From Antarctobacter sp. (GTDB taxonomy: Bacteria > Pseudomonadota > Alphaproteobacteria > Rhodobacterales > Rhodobacteraceae), in contig NZ_JBLXFB010000018.1 in assembly GCF_048262615.1 (NCBI RefSeq), forward strand, positions 2,631-66,630: a stretch of 64,000 nt of DNA, in the 5' to 3' direction. The notes under the pieces are model-generated. The model was given only the letters and a program-made list of their open reading frames with translations, made no database searches and had not been told where the DNA came from. Positions 56,626 through 64,000 of this stretch are shown piece by piece. Position numbers and translations under genes: made by a program. Each line of letters starts with the position of its first letter. Within the stretch, counting starts at the first letter, position 1.

Positions 56626-57537
56626 TCAGCGGTTCACGCCGGCCTGTGATTTGACGTCGCCCGCGTTGGTGGCGTCGACAAAGCCGGGGCCGGACGGAAT
56701 GTTGGAGCCCGGCAACATGCCTGCGTTGGTGTTGTAGAGGTGCAGGACGATGACCGGCATATAGCCCTGAAGGCGCTGCTGCTGGTCGATGGTATAGGCC
56801 ACATTGCCAGCTTCGATCAGGTCCATCACGCCGGGCGACAGGTCAAAGCAGGCCAGATGCACGTCGGCGCCGACCTCTTCGACGGCGGCCCAGGCGGCTT
56901 CGCAGACGTGCGGACCGGCGGCCAGCAGACCGTCGATCGACTCATCCGCCTGAAGGGCGGCGGCGGTGCGGGTCTTGATCTGGGTGACGTCGTTCGACAC
57001 GTCGATCTGGTTCAGCTCGGCGCCGAACGCGTCGAAATAGCCGGTGCAGCGGTCGACGAGCGCGGTGTTGTAGGCTTCCTGGTTGAGGCACAGACCCTTG
57101 GTCACGCCTTCTGCCTTGGCGCGCTCACCGGCGGCCTTGCCGGCGTCGTACTCGGGCTGGCCGACGTGCATCAGGGCGCCGACGTCTTTCGAGAATTCGA
57201 GACCGGAGTTGATGGTGATGACCGGGATGCCGGAGTCGACGGCGTCACGGATCGCGCCGCCCAGAGCGTCGGCGTCGGGCAAGGAGACGATGATGCCATC
57301 GGGATCGGTTGCGGCGGCCGCTTCGATCAGCTTGGCCATGCCGGACATGTCACCGGAGGGGTCGAAGTTGTATTCGAGGGTTGCGCCAACAGCGGCGGCG
57401 GCGTCTTTGGCACCCTTTTCGACCACTGGCCAGAACGGGTCGGTGCCCTGCGTGTGGGTGATCAGGACATAACGCTCGGCTGCGGCGGCGGATGCCATGG
57501 CTGCGAGGGCCGCGGTGGCCAGCAGTAGTTTCTTCAT
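56626..57537 (-). CDS. Sugar ABC substrate-binding protein (Peripla_BP_4-like)
   Basis: ATG 57537 with SD GGAGGAG; signal peptide; DPFWPVVEKGA, GIPVITINSG, IDQQQRLQGY. Confidence 0.93.
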   Translation of the reverse strand: MKKLLLATAALAAMASAAAAERYVLITHTQGTDPFWPVVEKGAKDAAAAVGATLEYNFDPSGDMSGMAKLIEAAAATDPDGIIVSLPDADALGGAIRDAVDSGIPVITINSGLEFSKDVGALMHVGQPEYDAGKAAGERAKAEGVTKGLCLNQEAYNTALVDRCTGYFDAFGAELNQIDVSNDVTQIKTRTAAALQADESIDGLLAAGPHVCEAAWAAVEEVGADVHLACFDLSPGVMDLIEAGNVAYTIDQQQRLQGYMPVIVLHLYNTNAGMLPGSNIPSGPGFVDATNAGDVKSQAGVNR

Positions 57538-57692
57538 AGATGTCTCCTCCATTGGACAGAATTCCCGGACAGCCGGGCTTTTCTTGACGGATCGGCCCTG
57601 TCCCGGACCTTGTTCCGGGGATGAGCCTAGCAATGCCCCGGTGTCTTGTCAGCAGAGAATGTCCGCTGCCTCCTCCCACCCCGGAACCGGCA

Positions 57693-57706
57693 TGTTATCG
57701 CTAACC
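57693..57706. promoter_or_regulatory. Candidate LacI-family operator
   Basis: TGTTATCGCTAACC, close to the LacI-type palindrome TGTTAGCGCTAACA, upstream of the sugar ABC operon. Confidence 0.45.
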
Positions 57707-57802
57707 GATCCGGCGTCATCCGTCGAGGGGACAGGGTTTTGAAAGCGATGGTTTTCGTCATCCGTGAGAGTCTATTGCATCCAGAATGACGAAATTCCAT
57801 CA

Positions 57803-59092
57803 TCAAGAGGGCGGTGCAGGGGGAATCCTTGCGCCCGTGGGCAGGGTTGGCGGTGCGGCGTTCAGCGCCTCGATGGCAAAGCCGGCGGCCGCCTTGTAGT
57901 CGGCCAGAAACGCGGTGCGCTCTTGCGGTGGAATCACCGCGTCAATGTCGTCGAAGTGGCCGCCGCAACGCTCGTCGACGATGTTCAGCAGACCAAAGGG
58001 GCCAGCCCCCCGGTTGCGCAGGACCAGCTTGGACACCGGGCCACAGAGCCTGTCGTCATAGGCGCGGAGCGCCGCAGGCGTCACGCCATGGGCCACCAGA
58101 CAGGCCCCCAATGAGCGCGCATCCACCACCGCCTGACTGGCCCCGTTCGAGCCGGTGGGATACATCGCATGCGCCGCGTCACCCAACAGCGCCACGCGCC
58201 CCTGTACCCATGTCGGGATCGGGTCGCGGTCGATCATCGGGTTTTCAAAGGCGCGGCTGGCCCCCCGGATCAGCGCGGGCACGTCCAGCCAGTCATAGCG
58301 GAACGGGTCGAAGTGATGCGCAAAGCTGTCAATCGGCACCTCGCGGAACCAGCCGGTCTTGCGCCAGTCCTCGCCCGCGTCCAGCGTGCGCTCGGCGATC
58401 CAGTTGATCTCGGCCAGCCCCTCCGCGTCCGGGTGCGAGATCGGATAGATCACCATGCGGTGCCGGTGCGTGCCCAGCCCGACAAAGCTGGACCCGGTGC
58501 GGATGGGTCTGGCGCGGGTGGTGCCGCGCCACATCAGCGCCCCGCCCCAGTGGATCGGCGGCTGATCGGGAAACATCTGGGCGCGCGTGGCCGAATGGAT
58601 GCCCTCGGCCCCGATCAGCAGGTCGGCGGTTTCGGTGAAAGGGCCATTGGCGCTTTCACCCCGGACGGTGACGTCCTTGCCTGTCTGGTCGTAGCCGGTG
58701 ACGCGACAGCCGGTGCGGATGGCGTCGGGGCCAAGCCGGGCCAGCACCTCTTGGTACAGCATCATGTGAAAGCGGCCCCGGTGCACGGCGTATTGCGGCC
58801 AGTGATAGCCAGCCTCCAGCCCGCGCGGTTCGGCATGGATGTCCGCACCGTTCAGCCCGACCAGCGCCCATTCGCGGGCGGGCAGGCCAACCGTGTCGAG
58901 CCTGTCCGCCCCGATGCCCAGATCGAACAGTTCGCGCACCGCGTTGGGTTGCAGGTTGATGCCGACGCCCAGCGGTTTCGGATCGCGGACGGATTCGAAC
59001 ACGGTGCAGGGCAGGCCGATCTGGTGCAGCGTCAGCGCGGTCACCAGACCGCCGATGCCGCCACCGGCGATAAGGGCGCGGGGGTGTGTCAT
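57803..59092 (-). CDS. Flavin-dependent oxidoreductase / monooxygenase (FAD_binding_3)
   Basis: IAGGGIGG, LGVGINLQP, ADLLIGAEGIHS (DG motif variant), LLGDAAHAMYPTGSNGASQA. Confidence 0.92.
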   Translation of the reverse strand: MTHPRALIAGGGIGGLVTALTLHQIGLPCTVFESVRDPKPLGVGINLQPNAVRELFDLGIGADRLDTVGLPAREWALVGLNGADIHAEPRGLEAGYHWPQYAVHRGRFHMMLYQEVLARLGPDAIRTGCRVTGYDQTGKDVTVRGESANGPFTETADLLIGAEGIHSATRAQMFPDQPPIHWGGALMWRGTTRARPIRTGSSFVGLGTHRHRMVIYPISHPDAEGLAEINWIAERTLDAGEDWRKTGWFREVPIDSFAHHFDPFRYDWLDVPALIRGASRAFENPMIDRDPIPTWVQGRVALLGDAAHAMYPTGSNGASQAVVDARSLGACLVAHGVTPAALRAYDDRLCGPVSKLVLRNRGAGPFGLLNIVDERCGGHFDDIDAVIPPQERTAFLADYKAAAGFAIEALNAAPPTLPTGARIPPAPPS

Positions 59093-59128
59093 GTCAGGCC
59101 TCATGTGGTGCAGGCGGTGGGTGCAGGC

Positions 59129-59152
59129 GGTGGGTTGAAAACCCACCCTACG
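59129..59152 (-). repeat. GTAG-family REP, copy 1
   Basis: Minus strand cGTAG-GGTGGGTT-ttc-AACCCACC; identical 24-mer at 63241-63264. Confidence 0.85.
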
Positions 59153-59200
59153 CGGAACCTGCGGGTCTGTATCGGACAAGAGGTGCGGCAGGGGCCCGCG

Positions 59201-60079
59201 TCAGATGTTCAGCAACCGGCGGGCATTGTCCTTGAGGATCAGCGGGCGCACCTCTTCGCGGATGTCGAGCTCGGCAAAGTCCTTGAGCCAGCGGTCCGGG
59301 GTGATGGCAGGCCAGTCAGAGCCGAACAGCATCTTCTTGCGCAGGATCGTGTTGGCGTATTGCACAAACAGCTTGGGGAAGTATTTCGGCGACCAGCCGG
59401 ACATGTCGATATAGACGTTGGGTTTGTGCTGGGCGACCATCAGCCCCTCTTCGGTCCATGGAAAGGACGGGTGCGCCAGCACGATGGGCGTGTCGGGAAA
59501 GTCGACGGCGACATCGTCCACATGCACCGGGTTGGAGTATTTCAGCCGCATGCCCATGCCGCCGCGCATCCCCGATCCGACGCCGGTCTGGCCGGTGTGA
59601 AACAGCATGATCGCGCCTTCCTCGGCAATCGCCTCATAGAGCGGATAGGCCCAGCGTTCATTGGGATAGAACCCCTGCATCGTCGGATGGAACTTGAAGC
59701 CGCGCACACCGAATTCCTTGACCAGACGTCGCGCCTCACGCGCACCGGCCTTGCCCTTGGCGGGGTCGATGCTGGCGAAGGGGATCAGGATGTCGTCGTT
59801 CTCAGACGCAATCTGGGCCACTTCCTCGTTCGAGTAGCGGCGAAAGCCGGTTTCGCGTTCGGCATCGACAGGAAAGATCACCGCACCGATCTTACGCTCG
59901 CGAAAGTATTCGGCGGTCTGCTGGACCGAGGGCAACATGCCGGAGGCGCCGGCGGGGTTCTTGAAGTACTTCGCCATCCCCGCCTGAAAGTCGTCATAGC
60001 CGTCGTCGCGCGCGCCGCAGCAGGGTTCCTCGGCGTGGGTGTGGAAATCAATGGCGATCAGGTCGTCGGCGTTCAGCAT
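59201..60079 (-). CDS. Amidohydrolase_2 (4-hydroxyphenyl-beta-ketoacyl-CoA hydrolase CouO-like)
   Basis: IDFHTH, FKFHPTMQGF, FHTGQTG, LAHPSFPW, LFGSDWP. Confidence 0.85.
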   Translation of the reverse strand: MLNADDLIAIDFHTHAEEPCCGARDDGYDDFQAGMAKYFKNPAGASGMLPSVQQTAEYFRERKIGAVIFPVDAERETGFRRYSNEEVAQIASENDDILIPFASIDPAKGKAGAREARRLVKEFGVRGFKFHPTMQGFYPNERWAYPLYEAIAEEGAIMLFHTGQTGVGSGMRGGMGMRLKYSNPVHVDDVAVDFPDTPIVLAHPSFPWTEEGLMVAQHKPNVYIDMSGWSPKYFPKLFVQYANTILRKKMLFGSDWPAITPDRWLKDFAELDIREEVRPLILKDNARRLLNI

Positions 60080-60104
60080 GGTGTCTCCTCCCGGGGCTTT
60101 GCCC

Positions 60105-60908
60105 TCAGTGCGCGTCGGGTGCCTGCACCTTGTCGGCGCGTTTTTCCAGAAAATCCTTCAGGCGTTGTTTCGCCTCGGGCGTCATGGTGGCCAGCGAGGC
60201 GACCATGGCCTCTGTGAACAGCCCGCTGTCGGCGGACATGTCGGCGATGCGCGGCAGGGCGTTCAGGATCGCGTAATTGGTGAATTCGGCGTTCTGGGCC
60301 ATCCGTCGGGCGATTTCTGTCGCGCGCGCCAGCGCGGTGCCGTCGGCGACCACGTAGGACACGCCGCCCCAGCGTTCCATGTCCGAGGCCGAGACAGAGC
60401 GCCCGGTCAGCATCATGTCCCCCATGCGCGCGGGCCCGATCAGCCGCGCGATGCGGACCGACCCGCCACCGCCGACAAAGATGCCGCGCGTGCCTTCGGG
60501 CAGGGCGAAAAAGGCGCTGTCCTCGGCGACACGGATGTGGGTGCTGGCGGCCAGTTCAAGCCCGCCGCCCACGGCGGCCCCGGTGATGGCGGAGACAAAG
60601 GGGATTTCTCCCATCTCGATGGTCTCAAAGGTGCGATGCCAGAGGCGCGAGCCCTTGACCGCCTCGAACAGCGGCTTTTCGGAATGTTCGGCAAGGTCCA
60701 GCCCGGCGCAGAAATGTTTGCCATGTCCATGCAGGACGGCGGCGCGCGCCTCGGTCGTGGCGCGGGCCACGGCCTCGCCAAGGGCGATCACAAAACGGTC
60801 GGACAGGGCGTTGCGCTTGTCCGGGCGGTTGAGGCCGATAAGGGCCACGTCCCCGTCCAGTGAATAGGTGATCAGGCCGTCGCCCATGGTCTGTGGTTGC
60901 GCAGTCAT
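60105..60908 (-). CDS. Crotonase / enoyl-CoA hydratase
   Basis: ATG 60908 with SD AGGAG; LNRPDKRNAL, FCAGLDL, GGGLELA, FALPEGTRG. Confidence 0.92.
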   Translation of the reverse strand: MTAQPQTMGDGLITYSLDGDVALIGLNRPDKRNALSDRFVIALGEAVARATTEARAAVLHGHGKHFCAGLDLAEHSEKPLFEAVKGSRLWHRTFETIEMGEIPFVSAITGAAVGGGLELAASTHIRVAEDSAFFALPEGTRGIFVGGGGSVRIARLIGPARMGDMMLTGRSVSASDMERWGGVSYVVADGTALARATEIARRMAQNAEFTNYAILNALPRIADMSADSGLFTEAMVASLATMTPEAKQRLKDFLEKRADKVQAPDAH

Positions 60909-61022
60909 CGCGGAATGCTCCTTCCCTCGAATGCCGGGCTCTCGAATGCCGGGATTTTGGTTTCCAAGTAAACAATCTTTGGGAGGTGAGTCAATCTTGT
61001 GCAGGGCCTGCGCCCCGAGGCT

Positions 61023-61060
61023 TTGACACTTTTCCTTACCCGCGTTCTGGTATACCAAAA
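61023..61060 (+). promoter_or_regulatory. Promoter -35 box plus FadR/GntR-type operator
   Basis: TTGACA at 61023-61028; perfect palindrome TGGTATACCA at 61048-61057 within TTCTGGTATACCAAAA. Confidence 0.6.
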
Positions 61061-61095
61061 TCACAAACGAGGCCCAAGCGGGCCGGGGAGGGACC

Positions 61096-62265
61096 ATGAC
61101 CGAACTGAAACTCGCCGCGGGATTGTCCCGGCTGGGCACCGAATCCGCCTTTGTGGTACTGGCCCGCGCTGGGAAGCTGGCCGCCGAGGGGCGCGACATC
61201 ATCAACCTTGGCATCGGCCAGCCGGATTTCCAGACGCCCGCGCATATCGTCGAGGCCGGGATCAAGGCGCTGCGCGATGGCCATCACGGCTATACGCCCG
61301 CCAATGGCCTGCCCGCGCTGCGGCAGGCGGTGGCCGCCGACCTGCACCGCCGCCACGGCGCAGAGGTCAACCCCGACAACGTGGTGGTGGTGCCGGGCGG
61401 CAAGCCGACGATGTTCTTTGCGGTGCTGATGTTCGGTGAGCCGGGGGCAGAGATCATGTATCCCAACCCCGGATTCCCGATCTACGAAAGCGTCATCAAG
61501 TATTCCGGCGCGACCCCGGTGCCGATCGCGTTGAAAGAGGAAAACGGCTTTGCCTTCAACGCCGAAGAGGTGCTGGGCCAGATCACCGACAAGACCCGGC
61601 TGATCATCATCAACTCCCCCGCCAACCCCACCGGCGGGGTGACGCCCAAGGCCGAGATCGACAAGCTGGTGGCGGGCCTTGCCGATCACCCGCAGGTGGC
61701 GCTGATGTCGGATGAGATCTATTCCAACATGCTCTATGGCGGGCGGGAACACACCTCCTTGCTGAACTACCCCGAAATCCGCGACCGGCTGATCCTGCTG
61801 GACGGCTGGTCCAAGACCTATGCCATGACCGGCTGGCGGCTGGGCTACGCGGTCTGGCCGGATGCCTTGGTGGCTCATGCCACGCGGCTGTGCATCAATG
61901 ACCATTCCTGCGTGAACGCGGCGACGCAATACGCCGGGATCGCGGCGCTGGAAGGCCCGCAGGACGCGGTGCGCGACATGGTCGCCGCCTTTGACGAACG
62001 CCGTCAGGTGATCGTCCGCGAACTCAACGCGCTGCCGGGGGTGCGCTGCGCCGACGCGGCGGGGGCGTTTTATGCCTTCCCCAATGTCGAAGGCACCGGG
62101 CTGACCTCAAAACAGGCCGAAACGCGGTTTCTGGACGAGGCCGGTGTGGCGACGGTTGCCGGAACCTCGTTTGGGGCGTGGGGCGAGGGCTATCTGCGGT
62201 TCTCCTATGCCAATTCGACCGAAAACATTCTGGAGGCGCTGTCGCGCATCCGCAAACTTCTGTGA
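61096..62265 (+). CDS. Class I/II PLP-dependent aminotransferase
   Basis: INLGIGQPDF, NSPANPTGG, SDEIY, DGWSKTYAMTGWRLG. Confidence 0.95.
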   Translation: MTELKLAAGLSRLGTESAFVVLARAGKLAAEGRDIINLGIGQPDFQTPAHIVEAGIKALRDGHHGYTPANGLPALRQAVAADLHRRHGAEVNPDNVVVVPGGKPTMFFAVLMFGEPGAEIMYPNPGFPIYESVIKYSGATPVPIALKEENGFAFNAEEVLGQITDKTRLIIINSPANPTGGVTPKAEIDKLVAGLADHPQVALMSDEIYSNMLYGGREHTSLLNYPEIRDRLILLDGWSKTYAMTGWRLGYAVWPDALVAHATRLCINDHSCVNAATQYAGIAALEGPQDAVRDMVAAFDERRQVIVRELNALPGVRCADAAGAFYAFPNVEGTGLTSKQAETRFLDEAGVATVAGTSFGAWGEGYLRFSYANSTENILEALSRIRKLL

Positions 62266-62280
62266 CAAAAGGCGAGGACC

Positions 62281-63228
62281 ATGAGCGATACGCAACTGCT
62301 GATCTGCGGCAAGAATTTCAAGCAAGAAGAGCGTGACCGGCTGAGCGCGGCCTTTCCGGCGGCCTTTGTGGACGGGCCTGCGGATATCGCGGCGCTGGAC
62401 GCGGGTCTGCGCGCCAGCCTTCGCGCGGTGGCCTTCAAGGGGCACACGGCCTTTGGCGCGGAAACGATGGACCTGCTGCCGCAACTGGGCCTGATCGCCA
62501 ACTACGGCGTGGGCTATGACGCCATCGACGTGACCGCCGCCAGCGCGCGCGGCGTCAAGGTGACCAACACGCCGGATGTGCTGTCGGACGATGTGGCGGA
62601 TCTGGCGGTGGCGCTGTTGATCGCGCAGGCGCGGACGATGATCCGGGGTCATGCGCATGCCGCCTCGGGCCGCTGGGCCACCGAAGGAGAAATCCCGCTG
62701 AACCGCAAGGTGTCCGGGTCGACTGTCGGGATTGTCGGTCTGGGGCGCATCGGGCGTGAGATCGCCGACCGTCTGGCGGCGTTCAAGATGGACATCCACT
62801 ATACCTCGCGCTCTGAAAAAGAGACACCGGGCTGGACCTATCACGCGGATGTCGTGTCACTGGCCAAGGCGGTGGATTTCCTTGTGATCGCGCTGGTCGG
62901 CGGGCCGGAAACCAAGGGCCATGTCAGCCGCGCGGCGATCGAGGCGCTGGGGCCGCGCGGTGTGGTGGTCAATATCTCGCGCGGATCGACCATTGACGAG
63001 GGCGCGCTGCTGGACGCGCTGGAGGCGGGCACCATCGCGGGCGCGGGTCTGGACGTGTTCGAGAACGAGCCGAACCTTGATCCGCGGTTTCTGAAACTGG
63101 ACAACGTGGTGCTGCAACCGCATCAGGGGTCGGGCACCGTCGAGACACGCACCGCCATGGCGGTGCTGCAACTGGACAACGTGGCGGCCTTTCTCGAAGG
63201 GCGCGACCTGCTGACCCCGGTGAACTGA
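62281..63228 (+). CDS. D-2-hydroxyacid dehydrogenase (glyoxylate/hydroxypyruvate reductase-like)
   Basis: GVGYDAID, GIVGLGRIG, VNISRG, GLDVFENEP, QPHQGS. Confidence 0.95.
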   Translation: MSDTQLLICGKNFKQEERDRLSAAFPAAFVDGPADIAALDAGLRASLRAVAFKGHTAFGAETMDLLPQLGLIANYGVGYDAIDVTAASARGVKVTNTPDVLSDDVADLAVALLIAQARTMIRGHAHAASGRWATEGEIPLNRKVSGSTVGIVGLGRIGREIADRLAAFKMDIHYTSRSEKETPGWTYHADVVSLAKAVDFLVIALVGGPETKGHVSRAAIEALGPRGVVVNISRGSTIDEGALLDALEAGTIAGAGLDVFENEPNLDPRFLKLDNVVLQPHQGSGTVETRTAMAVLQLDNVAAFLEGRDLLTPVN

Positions 63229-63240
63229 CCGGGCCGGAAG

Positions 63241-63264
63241 GGTGGGTTGAAAACCCACCCTACG
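63241..63264 (-). repeat. GTAG-family REP, copy 2
   Basis: Identical to 59129-59152. Confidence 0.85.
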
Positions 63265-63343
63265 CCGGATGTCATCGCCATGACTTTGGTCAAGGCGGCG
63301 GCGAGCAAGACCGGCCATCCTCCGCGCCACAGGAGGATGTGCC

Positions 63344-63877
63344 ATGAAACTGCTGATCGCCTATGCCTCGACCGAGGGGCAGACCCGCAAGATCGCCCGC
63401 TTTGTCGCCGACCGACTGGTGGATGCGGGGCATTCCGTCGAATTGCTGCCGGTGTCTGCCGCGCAGGATATTGATCCCGCCCGGTTTGACCGCGTGATCC
63501 TTGCGGCCTCTGTCCACGTTGGCCATTACCAGAGCGAGATAAGCGCATTCGCCGCCACGCAGGCCCGCGCCTTGCAGGCCCGTCCGGTGTTGTTCCTGTC
63601 CGTCTCTCTGGCCGCCGCCGGGCATGATGCCGGGGATTGGCGCGGGCTGGACGGGATCGTAAAGGATTTTGCCGATGCGACCGGCTGGCAGCCGGGGCAA
63701 GTGGCGCAGGTGGCGGGGGCTTACAGACCCTCCGACTACGACATTTTCCGCCGCTTCGTGATGCGCCGCATCGTGGCCGCCAAAGACCCCGGTGCCGATC
63801 TGGATGTGGACCACGAATACACCGACTGGGACGCGCTGGGCGCGCTGGTCGATGAATGGGTGGCCAAGGCAGCCTGA
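63344..63877 (+). CDS. Long-chain flavodoxin, HemG-like protoporphyrinogen oxidase family
   Basis: LIAYASTEGQTRKIA, LAASVHVGHY, FLSVSLAA, EYTDW. Confidence 0.85.
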   Translation: MKLLIAYASTEGQTRKIARFVADRLVDAGHSVELLPVSAAQDIDPARFDRVILAASVHVGHYQSEISAFAATQARALQARPVLFLSVSLAAAGHDAGDWRGLDGIVKDFADATGWQPGQVAQVAGAYRPSDYDIFRRFVMRRIVAAKDPGADLDVDHEYTDWDALGALVDEWVAKAA

Positions 63878-63963
63878 CCGCGCGGACAGACCCGCCCCGA
63901 ATCTGCTAGGCTTGCCCGACAGGACACCGCGCCGGCGCGCGGACCAACAGCAGGGAGACCACC

Positions 63964-64000
63964 ATGAACCAGCGCAGCACAGAGGGGCGCGGGCGTCGCT
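63964..64000 (+). CDS. Start of a CDS running off the right edge (product unknown)
   Basis: AGGGAG-acc-acc-ATG AAC CAG CGC...; only 12 codons visible. Confidence 0.45.
   Translation, partial: MNQRSTEGRGRR

Noticed and set aside
58169-60217. 682-aa plus-strand ORF
   Set aside because: Shadow spanning two minus-strand genes and a REP.

Overview
GC-rich alphaproteobacterial DNA, most likely Rhodobacterales (inferred from gene content, not from a search). 1-5848 (-): a compact, translationally coupled HK97-type head/packaging module in a non-canonical order (two hypotheticals and a head-tail connector, then terL, HNH, capsid, protease, portal), with no tail, terS or integrase gene visible. It looks like a capsid-forming phage satellite or prophage remnant and runs off the left edge. 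6169-24720: an MCE/Mla-Pqi ABC system with a long MlaD; a 2010-aa RTX protein with an amphipathic helical N-terminus and a CRP-like pentraxin domain; a NarL/LuxR regulator with a divergent multi-TM histidine kinase; an exported EF-hand protein; a small exported protein; and an RND pump. 24855-40224: feruloyl-CoA synthetase, acyl-CoA dehydrogenase and MarR; an FAD oxidoreductase; a cobalamin riboswitch with an orphan gene; an MscS-family channel; a PIG-L deacetylase with DP(D/E)PV repeats; a DMG-dehydrogenase-like enzyme; a frameshifted MttB-family methyltransferase; and TetR. 40344-64000: tamAB, a repeat-rich intergenic region with a 165-bp MITE-like palindrome, a TAXI-TRAP/USP/RpiR/class III aminotransferase cluster, DUF4336, a CUT2 sugar ABC transporter, crotonase/amidohydrolase/flavoprotein genes, an aminotransferase, a 2-hydroxyacid dehydrogenase and a HemG-like flavodoxin. 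No rRNA, tRNA or CRISPR array was seen. The best candidates for an undescribed system are the pentraxin-RTX + MCE + two-component island (possible extracellular lipid/phosphocholine capture), the satellite-like head module, and the B12-riboswitch orphan gene. All family assignments come from motif recognition by eye; no searches were run.
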